Assembly: GCA_051362555.1 (NCBI GenBank)
Contig: CM120648.1
Span: 18,286,587 to 18,350,586 of the forward strand
Direction: 5' to 3'
Origin: Lingula anatina
Taxonomy: Eukaryota; Animalia; Brachiopoda
DNA length: 64,000 nt
A program made the position numbers and the translations under genes. The notes under the pieces are model-generated. The model did not search any database. It was not told the DNA's origin and saw only the letters and a list, made by a program, of their open reading frames with translations. Positions 24,701 through 33,440 of the stretch are shown here, piece after piece (position 1 is the stretch's first letter; each line of letters begins with the position of its first letter).

Positions 24701-27700
24701 TGTCAAACTCCCCGCCCTATGAACTCATTTCCTCACCTGAATTGCTTCTCTAACACATTTTGCGTTGACTCGTTAAACGACAATAAATTCATTTATGTGT
24801 CAGTTACTGCATCCCAGAGCTAATAATATGATATCATGGAGGATACTGGGGTCTAGTCAGGGTCAGGGGGAGATCAGAGGTGAAGTGAAGGTCAGGGCAA
24901 GGTCAGAGGTGAAGTAAAGATCAGGGAGAGGTCAGAGGTAAAGGTCAAGAAATTGTCATTTGTCCATCACAAGATCAGTCTTGGGTCAAGAGACCCAGAA
25001 ATGTGCCAAAAGAAGTTATATTGAAACAGTCATTTGACAACTGGGATGTAAAGCAGTTGTTTCTTTATGTATAATATTATTTATTAATTATGATTTTATC
25101 GATATGAATATTATTTCTTTAATTTTTTGGAATTTTATAGGCTTACCAAATATTTCATAGTTGAAGGCTAATTTTAAGGTTGCTTTTTAGAAGTGACTTA
25201 GTAGACATGCTTTTCTTGCTAGTTTATACATGTATATATTTTAGATGTCTAGCTTTCCTATGGAATATTGTATCACTTGTGGTGATACTCTAGTAGTATT
25301 TACTATTATACCCCAGACACTGGTTTAGGGGTGTATGGACTACAGGTTGGCTGTCTGTTAAGTTTGTTCATTAAAATTGCTTGACTTGGTGAAAACATCA
25401 CATAACAGGTCAGCAGATTGTATAACTGAAATTTTCAGACTTTTTTAAGATGAAGAAAAGGTAAATGATGTTAGTGAATTTTATGGATATTTCTTTGTAT
25501 TACGGTAAGTTGATTTCTGGAATGCATCTAGTAAGGTGTGATGTGTGGTATATTTGATCTGTTTATCATGTGTGTGTTGTGTTTAGAATTTATTTTGTCA
25601 TGATTGTAGAACTTGCAGTGATGAGAGCCTTAGTGTCTTCACTAGAGCAGCTTGCAGTGAACTGACACATGGTTTTATACTATATTGACTTTAGAGAGTA
25701 TCTAGAACCAGTTTCAGAAAATGACTTAAAAGTTTGCTTTTCTTTAAAGTCTTTATTGCATTCAACATAAATTCTGAATTAAAGACGAGACTTTTAACTT
25801 AGCTGAAATCACCCTACCTGGTTAACAATAGAATGTTATTTTAAAACCCGATATTTTATTTGAAAGGTATAGGTGATGAGATCAATAACCTTTATAAAGA
25901 TGTTGCGTAGTTTATGTATTAAAATGGCACATTTCTATACTTCAAAAATAACTGATTTCAAAAAGTTATCATTCTGTCATTGGATTATTTCTCTTCATTT
26001 GCAAGCCTCCACAGAGAGTGATAGATTTGAGTGAAGAAGAGGTAAAGTACCAGTAGCATGATGTGTGCTGTGTTCATTTATAAACTGACATCAGAGAAGA
26101 CTTACATCCGCTGTGTTATGTTAGAACAATTAAGTAGTTTTTCTTCAATCAACAGCTAATATTTGGCAGCGAATATTGCCTCATTCCATGATGTAGATAC
26201 TCTTGAGAGACAGTGAAATATTGGAGGTAATTATTAGCTGCCAGTATTCACTGGTCATTGAAGAAAAATGTCTTTATTCTTAAACTGACATATTGTTAAT
26301 GTTGTTTAGTTCAGTCATACCCAGCCAAAGAATTTTAAACCAAGTTCAGAAGAAGGCAGATGAAGGCGGTTGTTTTGACAGAAGCTTCAAAACCAGAAAG
26401 AAAGTGACCAAGTGTATAATAGGCCAATTTATCTGCTGCTTCTTTAAAAATATATGTTACATTTTGTTTACTTATTGATGTCAGGGGCAGATAATAAGGG
26501 TTGAAATGTCAAATAATTGACATAAAGTGTGACCTATACCATCCCATCCCCAGGTACTCATAGTAGTTAAGATGTGAATTATGGTTTTGTCCTAGATATT
26601 CAATATTAGTACTTGAACCTAACTCACACTGCTTCATTTTGACAGCCTTAAGTCATGCCAAAAACTATAAGTATAATAGTATAAATATTTCACAACTGTC
26701 ACTATGAATGAAAATCATAATATTTAATCAATAACAAAAATAAAAAAATAAGTCTTGAGATTCAATTTTTTAAAAAACTTACATAAAAGTGTATCACATT
26801 CTATTGAATTACAACTTTATAGGCTAAGAATTGGTTAAATTCCTTCTTGGATCACTATAAGGCTTTTGCAGTTAAGATGGAAGGCTTTATTATATGAAGC
26901 AGGGTCTGGCTCTGTAGATATTAATGACAACCTGTTTTATTGCTCTCTGTAGATGTAAAATGACACAGTTGTTATTACACTGGGTCTGGGTCTGTAAATT
27001 CCATTGCTGGTCAGTTTTATTTCTTCCAGTAGTCATAAAATAGCACAGCTCTCAGTGGCAGATATTAAGAGGGGTGTTAGGGGGGTCCTGACCCCTCCCC
27101 TCCCCTTCGATTACTGAGAAAAAAATCACATCTATAATTCCTCTTGAAATTAGAATTGTGTGTAGCTTAATCATAGTTTTAAACTATACCAGATGTCACC
27201 GTTCACCAAATAAAATACCAAAATATCAGCGGGCCCCGAACCCCACGTCAGCAGGGGAAGGGGAGACTTCAATTCCATGGACCACCCCCTTCAAATAATT
27301 CTGGCTTCGCCCTTGGCTCTTATTGCACAGTAATGCACTGCTTGTAGTGCTCTAGATATGGTTAGTCTCTTCCTCCATGTAGTGTTGCCATTTTGTATAG
27401 CCTGATTAAAGCTCATCTTATATGACAATGGCAATGAACAGTTTCCTAATTTTGAATGATTCTTGATAAGTTTAGTCTTGTTCTGCTTACTGCTAACATT
27501 AGATTGGATTGCTGTCCTAATTTTGGAGAGCACTGTAGATAGTCATGATAGTGTCATTGTTTTGACATGGTGTGACATTTGTTTGACAGTGTTGTGACAT
27601 TGTATTGATGATAGTGTGATGTTGTTTGGGTGTAGTGAAACATCTTTACAAGGTTTTTATGTACAGACACAGATGTGTCTGTACATATTGCCATCACCTG

Positions 27701-30700
27701 CGTCTGTCGTCGCCGTCGCCGTTCATGTCGCCGTCGATGTCGCCGTCGCCGTGCACTTTCAGCGTTAACACCATAAGTGGAAGACAGTTTTACTTTTTGG
27801 CTTTATATTTACAGAGCTGATGAATATTCATAAAATGCAGGTCAAGTTCGAAAATCGGCATGATCGGGCCACCATTTTAGTAGTTATGCTGTTTTTTCAC
27901 TTTTCGGCATATATGCAACACTGTTAACACATTTCAAAGAAAACTGATAGGCCTGTTGTCATGAAACTCACAGGAGTAATCAATCTTACTGAAACGCAGG
28001 TCAAGTTCGAAAATCGGCATGATCGGGCCACCATTTTAGTAGTTATGCTGTTTTTTCACTTTTCAGCATATATGCAACACTTAACACATTTCAAAGAAAA
28101 CTGATAGGCCTGTTGTCATGAAACTCACAGGAGTAATCAATCTTACTAAAACGCAGGTCAAGTTCGAAAATCAGCATAATCGGGCCATTATTTTATGCTG
28201 TTTTTTCACATTTTACATTTTTCACATTTCTTCAGATTCAATTCTTAGGCATGTTAACAGTCTCATTATTTAATTAATAAGATACGTAAAAGTGTTTGTT
28301 TGACATTTCCTGCATCTTTACAACATTGTTAGTTGATTATGTAAAAATGATGGTAAACTTGTTATCGTGTATTGTGTAATAAAGTGTCAAAAATGGAAAT
28401 AAACTCATATTATTGCAGTTTGTAAGATTCAATCATTCATTATGTTCAGAAACTCAGAATGGAGGAAATTGGACATTTGACACTGTTCTATTGATATTTT
28501 TCACATCTCATCAACTTTCTTAGTTGATCATATAAAAATGGCAGTAAACTGTTAATTTTGTTTTATGTTAAAAAAGTGTTAAAAATGGAAATAAACGCAT
28601 TTCATAACTGTACTGTCTTGTTTCACATTTCCTCAGATTCAATTCTTAGGCATGTTAACAGTCTCATTATTTAACTAATAAGATACGTAAAAGTCTTTGT
28701 TAAACATTTCCTGCATCTTTACAACATTGTTAGTTGATTATGTAAAAATGATGGTAAGCTTGTTATCATGTATTGTATAATAGAGTTTCAAAAATGGAAA
28801 TAAACTCTTATCATTGCAGTTTGTCAGATTCATCCATTCATTCACTATGTTCAGAAACTCAGAATGGAGGAAATTGGACATTAAACACTGTTCTATTGAT
28901 ATTTTTCCCATCTCATCAATTTTCTTAGTTGATCATATAAAAATGGCAATAAAGTGTTAATTTTGTTATATGTTAAAAAATTGTTAATAATGGAAAAAAA
29001 TGCATTTCAGGACAGTACTGTCTTGTCTACATTTTGGCATTTTCAAGTTGTGACTTTGAAGTTCCATGGGCCTGAAGACCTCTGCTAGTCACATTTTCTG
29101 AATATCCATGATACTAATATTTTATTATTAAAAATTGATGGTTATTATCCTGTTAAACATTATGTAATATTGCATCAAAATTTGAAGAAACCCCTATTTT
29201 GGACACTGCTCCCTTGATGACCATTTAAGGAAAACTATGTCACTTACTGTTCTCAAACTTACAGGAAAGAAACATGGGACTAAAATACAGTTTCATTAGG
29301 CAGTGCAGTCTATTTGGTAAATTTTTCTGGCAGTTAATCAGTTTTTTGTGAAAATTTAATTTTTCACATATTGGCAATATCAAGGTGTGACTTAGAATCA
29401 CCTTGGGCTTGAAGACCCATGCTAGTCACATTTTCTGAAAATCCACGATACGTATATTTTATTATTAAAAACTGATGGTCTTTATGCTGTTAAGCATTAT
29501 GAAATATTGCATCAAAATAGAAGAAAACACAATTTTGGGTATTGCTGCCATGATGACCATCATGGGAAAACCATATTACTTATGATTGTCAAACTTTTAA
29601 AAAAGAAACACAGGACTAAAATGCAGCTCGAGTTGGAAAAGCAGTCTAATTGACTTCTTTTTCTGGAAGTTTTACATTTTCAAAGTGTGAACTTGAACTC
29701 CCATGGGCCTGAAGCCTTATGCTTGTTACACATTTTACTTACATTGGTATTACCTGTTGAGCATAATTAAAATTTGATGTTGAATTTGCAGTTTAACATA
29801 ATGTACTTTTACATCAGAATTGACAGTAGCCTATTTTGTTATTTCCTGCTTTTTGTCTGTACATTTGACAGCTTTGCTGCCTTGTTTTTTAAAAACATGG
29901 TGTGACATTGTTTTGACAGTGGTGTGGTATATTTGGACCTAGTGTGACATTGTTTTGATGTTAGTGTGATGTTGTTTGGATGTTTTGACATTTTTACAGT
30001 TTTTTTTTTTCTCGGACATGGTGTGACATTTTTTGACAGTGGTGTAATATTTTTGACAGTAGCATGACATTGTTTTGACACTGATGTTTATTCTGTAGCA
30101 AAGACAGTGGGAGGAAGAGCAGTTGAAATGTCAGGTGAAGTTTGAAGAGGCTCAGATAGACCCCGCCCCCTTCCAGCTAGTGGAGAGGACTTCCTTACAG
30201 AAAGTAAGATGAAAAAAAAAACAGAACATTTAGAAAATGCATGGCTGGTTTTCAAGAATGTTCATTTTATCCGCATCTCTGTCTTTTACATAAATAAAAC
30301 TTTCCAAAATTCAATAATGACTGGGGAATTGAAAAAAGAGAGGATCATTTAATCAAAAAAAAATTTAGCATCAATGCAGAGGAATCTTTCGAAGTGTTTC
30401 AGCTTATTCTTGGAAGAAATGGATCCATCATAATGGCATGGGAGAACTGAATTGTACATGCATTCTTTACAGTACCTAAGTAGTTAAGACTTCACCATTT
30501 CACTTCTTTCTCACTATGTGGTTGTGGCTATGTTTCAGGTTCACTCTCTGTTCTCACTGCTAGGCCTGAACCATGCCTATGTCACCAATACAGGGAGGTT
30601 GGTAGGAGTGGTTGCACTTAAAGAGGTAAACACACATCAACTTGTTACTATCATAACTATATAACACTGTAAACTTGAACCATGCCTATGTCACCAATAC

Positions 30701-31221
30701 AGGGAGGTTGGTAGAAGTGGTTACACTTAAAGAGGTAAACACACATCAACTTGTTACTATCATAACTATATAATACTGTAAACTTGAACCATGTCTATGT
30801 CACCAATACAGGGAGGTTGGTAGAAGTGGTTACACTTAAAGAGGTAAACACACATCAACTTGTTACTATCATAACTATTTAACACTGTAAACATCAGAAT
30901 TGCTGCTATTTGGCACTAGAAAAGTAAATGCTTAATGTGTTTAAAAGTTGTTACAGTATTACTCAGCCTTTGTTAAATCTTGTGTGACCCAAGTCTTGTG
31001 TAAGGTGTTACACTCTCAAAGTATAGGTCAGAGAATGATGGAACAAGTTTAACAAATCACAGCATGGGGTAATGCAATCAGCCTGCATTTTGTGCTTGCA
31101 GGTAAGGAGGGCCATTGAGGGCCAGGTAGAAGAAGACCATGAACTGATGCGGACACACAAGCATGGCAATACTGTGGAACTGGAGATGGAAGTGAGGGAA
31201 CGGTCGGATAGTGAGGCTTGA
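888..31221 (+). CDS. CLCN2: ClC-2-type voltage-gated chloride channel, 3' portion (5' exons lie upstream of the window); disrupted in exon 11236-11550
   Basis: GT-AG exons, phase-consistent except as noted: 888-962 (GPFVHVAS, follows GKE), 1191-1269 ([17 protein letters not shown]), 1720-1845 ([16 protein letters not shown]), 2183-2267, 2795-2896, 3444-3528, 4618-4776, 6209-6278 ([11 protein letters not shown]), 6788-6898 ([18 protein letters not shown]), 7604-7701 ([17 protein letters not shown]), 8028-8143 ([17 protein letters not shown]), 10566-10699 (CBS1), 11236-11550, 11824-12025, 12457-12551, 13002-13046 (tentative), 15622-15699, 18273-18362 (possibly alternative), 26006-26041, 30099-30203 ([14 protein letters not shown]), 30539-30625 (CBS2, [15 protein letters not shown]), 31102-31221 (stop). 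The motifs are those of the ClC-1/ClC-2 branch. An in-frame TGA at 11304-11306 and a 2-nt deficit near 11357-11362 may make this a pseudogene or null allele. Confidence 0.93.
1645..1752 (+). repeat. Duplicated 3' splice site (61-bp spacing)
   Basis: tttctcttcag|GAGTGTTATTCAGTATA with AG ending at 1658, and tttctcttcag|GAGTATTATTCAGTATA with AG ending at 1719 (the frame-correct one). Confidence 0.85.
2199..2365 (+). repeat. Duplicated exon 3' end plus donor (92-bp spacing)
   Basis: 2199-2267 and 2291-2359 match at 68 of 69 nt; donors GTAAGT at 2268 and GTGAGT at 2360. Confidence 0.9.
2897..3023 (+). repeat. 47-bp tandem repeat, each unit GT...CAG, starting exactly at the donor
   Basis: gt(a/g)agtaccagttacagcaggagtcatccactgcgcgtatggtacag at 2897, 2944 and (partial) 2991. 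Confidence 0.9.
3316..3475 (+). repeat. Duplicated 3' splice site plus exon start (78-bp spacing)
   Basis: ttttatttatttcag|T(T/C)GATTCATCTATCCAACTGTGATAACATTTT with AG ending at 3365 and at 3443 (frame-correct). Confidence 0.9.
3488..4400 (+). repeat. 66-67-bp G-rich minisatellite of exon end plus donor, 14 donor copies
   Basis: Unit TATCCTT(T/C)CC(C/T)CTGGGGCTGGGGCAGTATACAGCTGGAATG|gtaggtatcatggggggtgggggtgt; donors run from 3529 to 4397. Confidence 0.95.
4980..6215 (+). repeat. 112-bp tandem repeat (about 11 copies) ending on the acceptor of exon 6209
   Basis: Each unit ends ggattacatttgtttctag|tttatgtga; the last copy reads tttgtttccag|TTTGTGA (frame-correct acceptor, AG ending at 6208). 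Confidence 0.95.
6808..7250 (+). repeat. 87-bp tandem repeat of exon 3' part plus donor, 5 donors
   Basis: Donors at 6899, 6986, 7073, 7160 and 7247; the unit translates as [29 protein letters not shown]. Confidence 0.95.
7650..7922 (+). repeat. 77-bp tandem repeat of exon end plus donor, about 3.5 copies
   Basis: ...GGGACAGATATCCCACATTCTACCTGCTGTG|gtaag with donors at 7702, 7779 and 7856. Confidence 0.93.
8120..10450 (+). repeat. 32-bp minisatellite of exon end plus donor, about 73 copies
   Basis: Unit TGATATCATCCCCACCAAGTCCAG|gtaatatg; the first copy is the true exon end (DIIPTKS), donor at 8144. Confidence 0.97.
13002..14422 (+). repeat. About 97-bp tandem repeat carrying a whole 45-nt putative exon plus donor; interrupted by about 520 bp of unrelated sequence (about 13321-13841)
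   Basis: Unit ACACCATTAAACTACCTGAAGGTCAACATACCTGTATCTACCCAG|gtttgtcaactg...ggtatt; about 3.3 + 6 copies; only the first is preceded by CAG. Confidence 0.9.
14568..15642 (+). repeat. 57-bp tandem repeat of acceptor plus exon start, 19 copies
   Basis: tatatttcactattgacag|GATTCCTCCCT(G/A)TATGAGTTG; AG ends run from 14595 to 15621 (frame-correct, last). Confidence 0.97.
17507..17752. mobile_element. Internally palindromic short interspersed element (MITE-like); related copies at about 41387-41595 (inverted) and about 11597-11768 (diverged)
   Basis: The reverse complement of 17550-17752 aligns with 41387-41595 (gactgggtt.ccat.cctaga.tgatct...ctaaattgct...gcttagatgtctgg...gttaattacccccta.cagcttcagt). 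Internal inverted arms cagcttagatgtct / agacatctaagctg. Confidence 0.6.
19656..20642 (-). CDS. Tyrosine recombinase (phage integrase family)
   Basis: 328-aa ORF with FAGFLRYSE (R), KSKTD (K), HSMR (HxxR), HGRW and the catalytic Y in AKDGY. Confidence 0.93.
   Translation of the reverse strand: MREVQDTTLKSLAADLPQVLEHSRAENTVRKYSSVFQRWKKWASNFEEVKVFPAQTHHIALYMLSLIQHSCKPGTIQDVKYGLKWTHEIAGINPNPCDNPMINNIVEASKRTSRKKTVKKEIVTPKMLEMMINNFANTNASLADLRDVCIFLLSFAGFLRYSEVCNIKRSDISFTEQYFEIFIEKSKTDIYRDGSTVLIAKTGKSTCPYAFLQRYLEAANIEEHSDNFIFRPVSYLKKSKKHILRKNGKMSYTRIREVILQKLEILGFDRQKFGLHSMRVGGATAAANFGVKDRLFKKHGRWISDKAKDGYIKDSLSKRIQVSLNIGI
21000..21550. repeat. 22-bp tandem repeat between the pol and YR ORFs
   Basis: Unit tctgttcgcatcgaacc(a/c/g)(a/c)(a)N3; homogeneous core at about 21190-21510 with degenerate flanks. 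Confidence 0.85.
21740..23956 (-). CDS. Pol: reverse transcriptase, RNase H and DAM-methyltransferase-like domain
   Basis: 738-aa ORF overlapping gag. RT: [28 protein letters not shown]. RNase H: [28 protein letters not shown]-terminal MT-like region: [23 protein letters not shown]. Confidence 0.93.
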   Translation of the reverse strand: MQVYLIEEAFFFEEKDSQTQTTSASPVDNMAIGGKAVHTKTKHRVQCIHEKEHTDRNSEEAKLHTAGGNKTNKSKMSKSKMKDKYMIDNNLRNSDGLLDYHQNVNVKGRLKRNYQFWESIQANKYILDVLKNGYVIPFIETPPNSFIKNNKSSLENTEFVINTIKDLLKSGRIREVKEIPKVVNPLTVTSNGKKKRLVLDLRHVNPYIWKEKVKFEDANEALQYVKLGGYMFQFDLKDGYHHIDIKESQQDFLGFSWRMNGQIKYYVYTVLPFGISSAGYIFTKVLRCLVKHWRSKHIPIVMYLDDGLGFSENFETCERFANLIRHDLLKSGFVVNEVKSMWKPTQTLNWLGLQWDLKKGILSIIDKRVADLKIDIMEIMENISNTSARSLARITGKIISLYIVFGDVTRLMTRNMHQVINDRRNWDGIEDLKDKSDLRNELKFWLSNIDRLNRRVMFVEDVPKILGFSDASEHACGGYLIRCNSEICHKMWSDSEKKQSSTWRELKALFISLQSFTKFIKNRKIGWFTDNKNVVRIVQTGSMKVHLQTLALNIFNFCVENDIILQIKWIPRTQNAKADFISKIIDTDDWEVTENFFNFMNKKWGSYTIDRFANYENTKVTRFNSKFWNPNTEAVDAFLQDWSNENNWLVPPVALVPKVINHLLCCKAKGTLVVPDWKSATFWPLLQDENSKWKWYIKDIIKFKNGCDICKQGKNKNSYIGSKNFKHQILAIRIDCSE
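23739..24593 (-). CDS. Gag-like protein of the PAT/DIRS element
   Basis: 284-aa ORF with [32 protein letters not shown] and a CCHC knuckle ([14 protein letters not shown]). Confidence 0.88.
   Translation of the reverse strand: MSKRRRESTSESEDTESESREFLNLAVEDKEEGNEGTFNEKGDVNDNSSAGQMTDTFSVFKSYMDKQFISLKRELVEESQSQNKKAKTVQKKLKFAGNQKQFEINTEVIENMQKADMLIKDGHVKEARKAIKEGTDILQKRNKLIRIADKSEAGWEAVKEYESDDLAEDSDDKKKIRSAQMRASRKMRIRNQNRRNKNEFNYNKKNYTASVNFAGISDRGSFLFRRKRFPNPNDQCFACGQYGHWRESCPYKDQAQSTVHPRERTYGQKFRGSEATYSGWQQNK
27654..29886 (+). mobile_element. Non-autonomous Helentron-type (DINE-1/HINE-like) element with internal tandem repeats
   Basis: 5' T-run, palindrome atgtacagacaca-ga-tgtgtctgtacat (27659-27686) and a gtcgcc microsatellite; internal duplications of about 160 bp and about 400 bp; 3' subTIR tgtctgtacat (29854-29864), hairpin cagc-ttt-gctg, and CTTGT followed by a T-run. 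Confidence 0.7.
30567..30892 (+). repeat. 109-bp tandem repeat of exon end plus donor, 3 copies
   Basis: TGAACCATGCCTATGTCACCAATACAGGGAGGTTGGTAG(G/A)AGTGGTT(G/A)CACTTAAAGAG|gtaaac with donors at 30626, 30735 and 30844. Confidence 0.93.
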
Positions 31222-31514
31222 ACTACATCAACTCATCAGATAGTGAGGCGTAAATAATAATTGCTCATGGTCAGTTTGGGACAGAAAGGAAAGTGAAGCA
31301 CATGGAAACTGAAATATTTTATCAGGACATGAAATATGCCAGAAGACAGTGAAGAGAACATTACTAGGAGCTGTGTACCAGTAGAGAGAGAGGAGAGTAT
31401 GAACTCTTAACATTGGTGCTGTGGTCAGAATACTTGGTGTTTACCATGTACCCCCCTCTCACTGCTGACATACTGCATTTAGAGAGTTATCAAAATAAAG
31501 AACAAAGAGATATG

Positions 31515-31795
31515 GCATGTCATGATAGTCCATGACTTGACAGTCAGTGTCATGGTAACCATTGCCATGACAATATGCCATGACAGTCCATGACCTGACA
31601 TTCAGTACCATGGTAACCATTGCCGTGACAATATGGCATGACAGTCCATGGCCAGACATTCAGTATCATGGTAACCGTTGCCATGACAACATGGTATGAC
31701 AGTCCATGACCTGACATTCAGTACCATGGTAACTGTTGCCATGACAACATGCCATGACAGACCCCGCTTCATATACAGTGACATGGTAACCATTG
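31515..31795. repeat. About 58-bp degenerate tandem repeat in the presumed ClC 3' UTR
   Basis: Recurring catgacagtccatgacctgacattcagtaccatggtaaccattgc units. Two further two-copy duplications of about 80 bp lie at about 31942-32110 and 32424-32583. Confidence 0.7.
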
Positions 31796-33440
31796 TTTCA
31801 GTTCATAATAATGCCAATATCATTTTATCCATGTTAAATTTATTTGGGTGCTTAAGTAAATAAATACATTGTAACTACTGGTGTATGGGGGGGGGGGGGG
31901 GGTTCATGCCAAGGCAGTCCTTTTGTACCCAGAGTTTAAGAGTTTACTGTAGACTGACCTGTGTAATCATCATGTCTTCCAGAAAGGGAGGGGAGACATG
32001 ATGATAATACAGCTTACTGGCAGTTTACTGTAGACTGACCTGTGTAATCATAATGTCTTCCAGAAAGGGAGGGGAGACATGATGATAATACAGCTTACTG
32101 GTAGTCTACTGGAAACTCCAAAACTCTGGATGCCATTTTAGTCATATATTTGTATATATATATTAACATTACCATATTTTTTATATCTCTTTTTGTACAG
32201 ACTGCATTATGATTTAAATTAGCTTTTTGAATGGTCAAATGATCCCTTGTTTTCCTTGTTCTGTTTATTTCAGTCATTGGCATATTATCATTATTCATAA
32301 ATTTCAATTATCACAAAACAGATACAACTGTAACAGTGAATTTCCCTCTGGGGTTTAACTGTTGTTTATATTTAACAAAAAGAAACAGCACTATGCTGTC
32401 AAGTGCAAGGAGCCAAGTTGTTTTAAAATAGGTTGTTCTATTAAAATAGACTGAACTGTTTTTATACACTGTGGTGTACAGTGTTTGTCCTCATAAATAG
32501 AATTAAAATAGGTTGTTCTATTAAAATAGACAGAACTGTTTTTATACGCTGTGGTGTACAGTGTTTGTCCACATAAATAGAATTCCTCTCTCTTCTTTAG
32601 AATGTCAATTTAATACTTTTGATTTACTGAACAGCTGTGGCCAACAAACATATATTATCTCTATCTTATAAAGTATAAGGGTGTGTGTATGTGTGTGATC
32701 ATTTGTGGGTGTGTAACAGTATAAGAAACGTTGTGCAGCATAAGATTTCTTAAAACTACAAAGCATCTCTGTGCGTCTTGATAGCCTTATGTATAAAGTT
32801 GGAGCCATGATATGTAAAAAATGAAGTCATCTTTTTCAGATATTCTAGTCTTACATACAGTATGTAGTATTGGGCCAGAATATCACTTGGTTGTTGCGGG
32901 ATTTTGTACTTTTTACTATTCAGTCAGAAAAATTTCATTAGCATGGTGGGCCTCATATAATATGCTTACAAACTTGAGCATTGGTTGATCAAAATTTATA
33001 TTGTTTATGCATCAATTATGTGCATATGTTATTGTTTATACAGAATGAAGTTAATCCAAGCCTGATATGCGTATATATTAGTGTTATGCAAGGTGTATTT
33101 AATAATAACGAACAGCAGTATTAACTACAGACTTCAGTGCAGTGATTTAGCTGGCATCATACCAGGAAGTTTATCAACAATTCTGTCTTCTCTGTAATGC
33201 TGAGATTTGAGACACAACTGTTGACCTTTGCAATTAATGAAAAATAAATATATTTTTCTTGAAATACAAGCTATTGTCTGTCTTGATTGACAGTAGACAA
33301 AGTTGTACATATATTCTGTAAAGAAGTTGGATGAAAATGACCACTACTGGTAAGATCCTTAAAACATTACTTTCCATTTGCAATTGAAAAACGATTCCGT
33401 ATAAACTTTTGTAGTTCTAAGGTATAAGCTAGGGTGATAT

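Larger units (their letters stand above)
18558..24796 (-). mobile_element. PAT-like DIRS-order tyrosine-recombinase retrotransposon with split direct repeats, apparently full length
   Basis: Repeat X at 18558-18699 and 19336-19477 (142 bp, 2 mismatches seen); repeat Y at 19141-19339 and 24598-24796 (199 bp, no differences seen). In element orientation: Y-gag-pol-YR-X/Y-spacer-X. A shared TTAT core is present at both ends and at the internal junction. Confidence 0.93.

Noticed and set aside
18558-24796. Prophage/bacterial integrase, Ngaro or ITR-type DIRS1 element
   Set aside because: The YR is linked to gag and RT-RNase H. The repeats are split direct rather than inverted, and an MT-like domain is present, which favours the PAT group (no phylogeny run).
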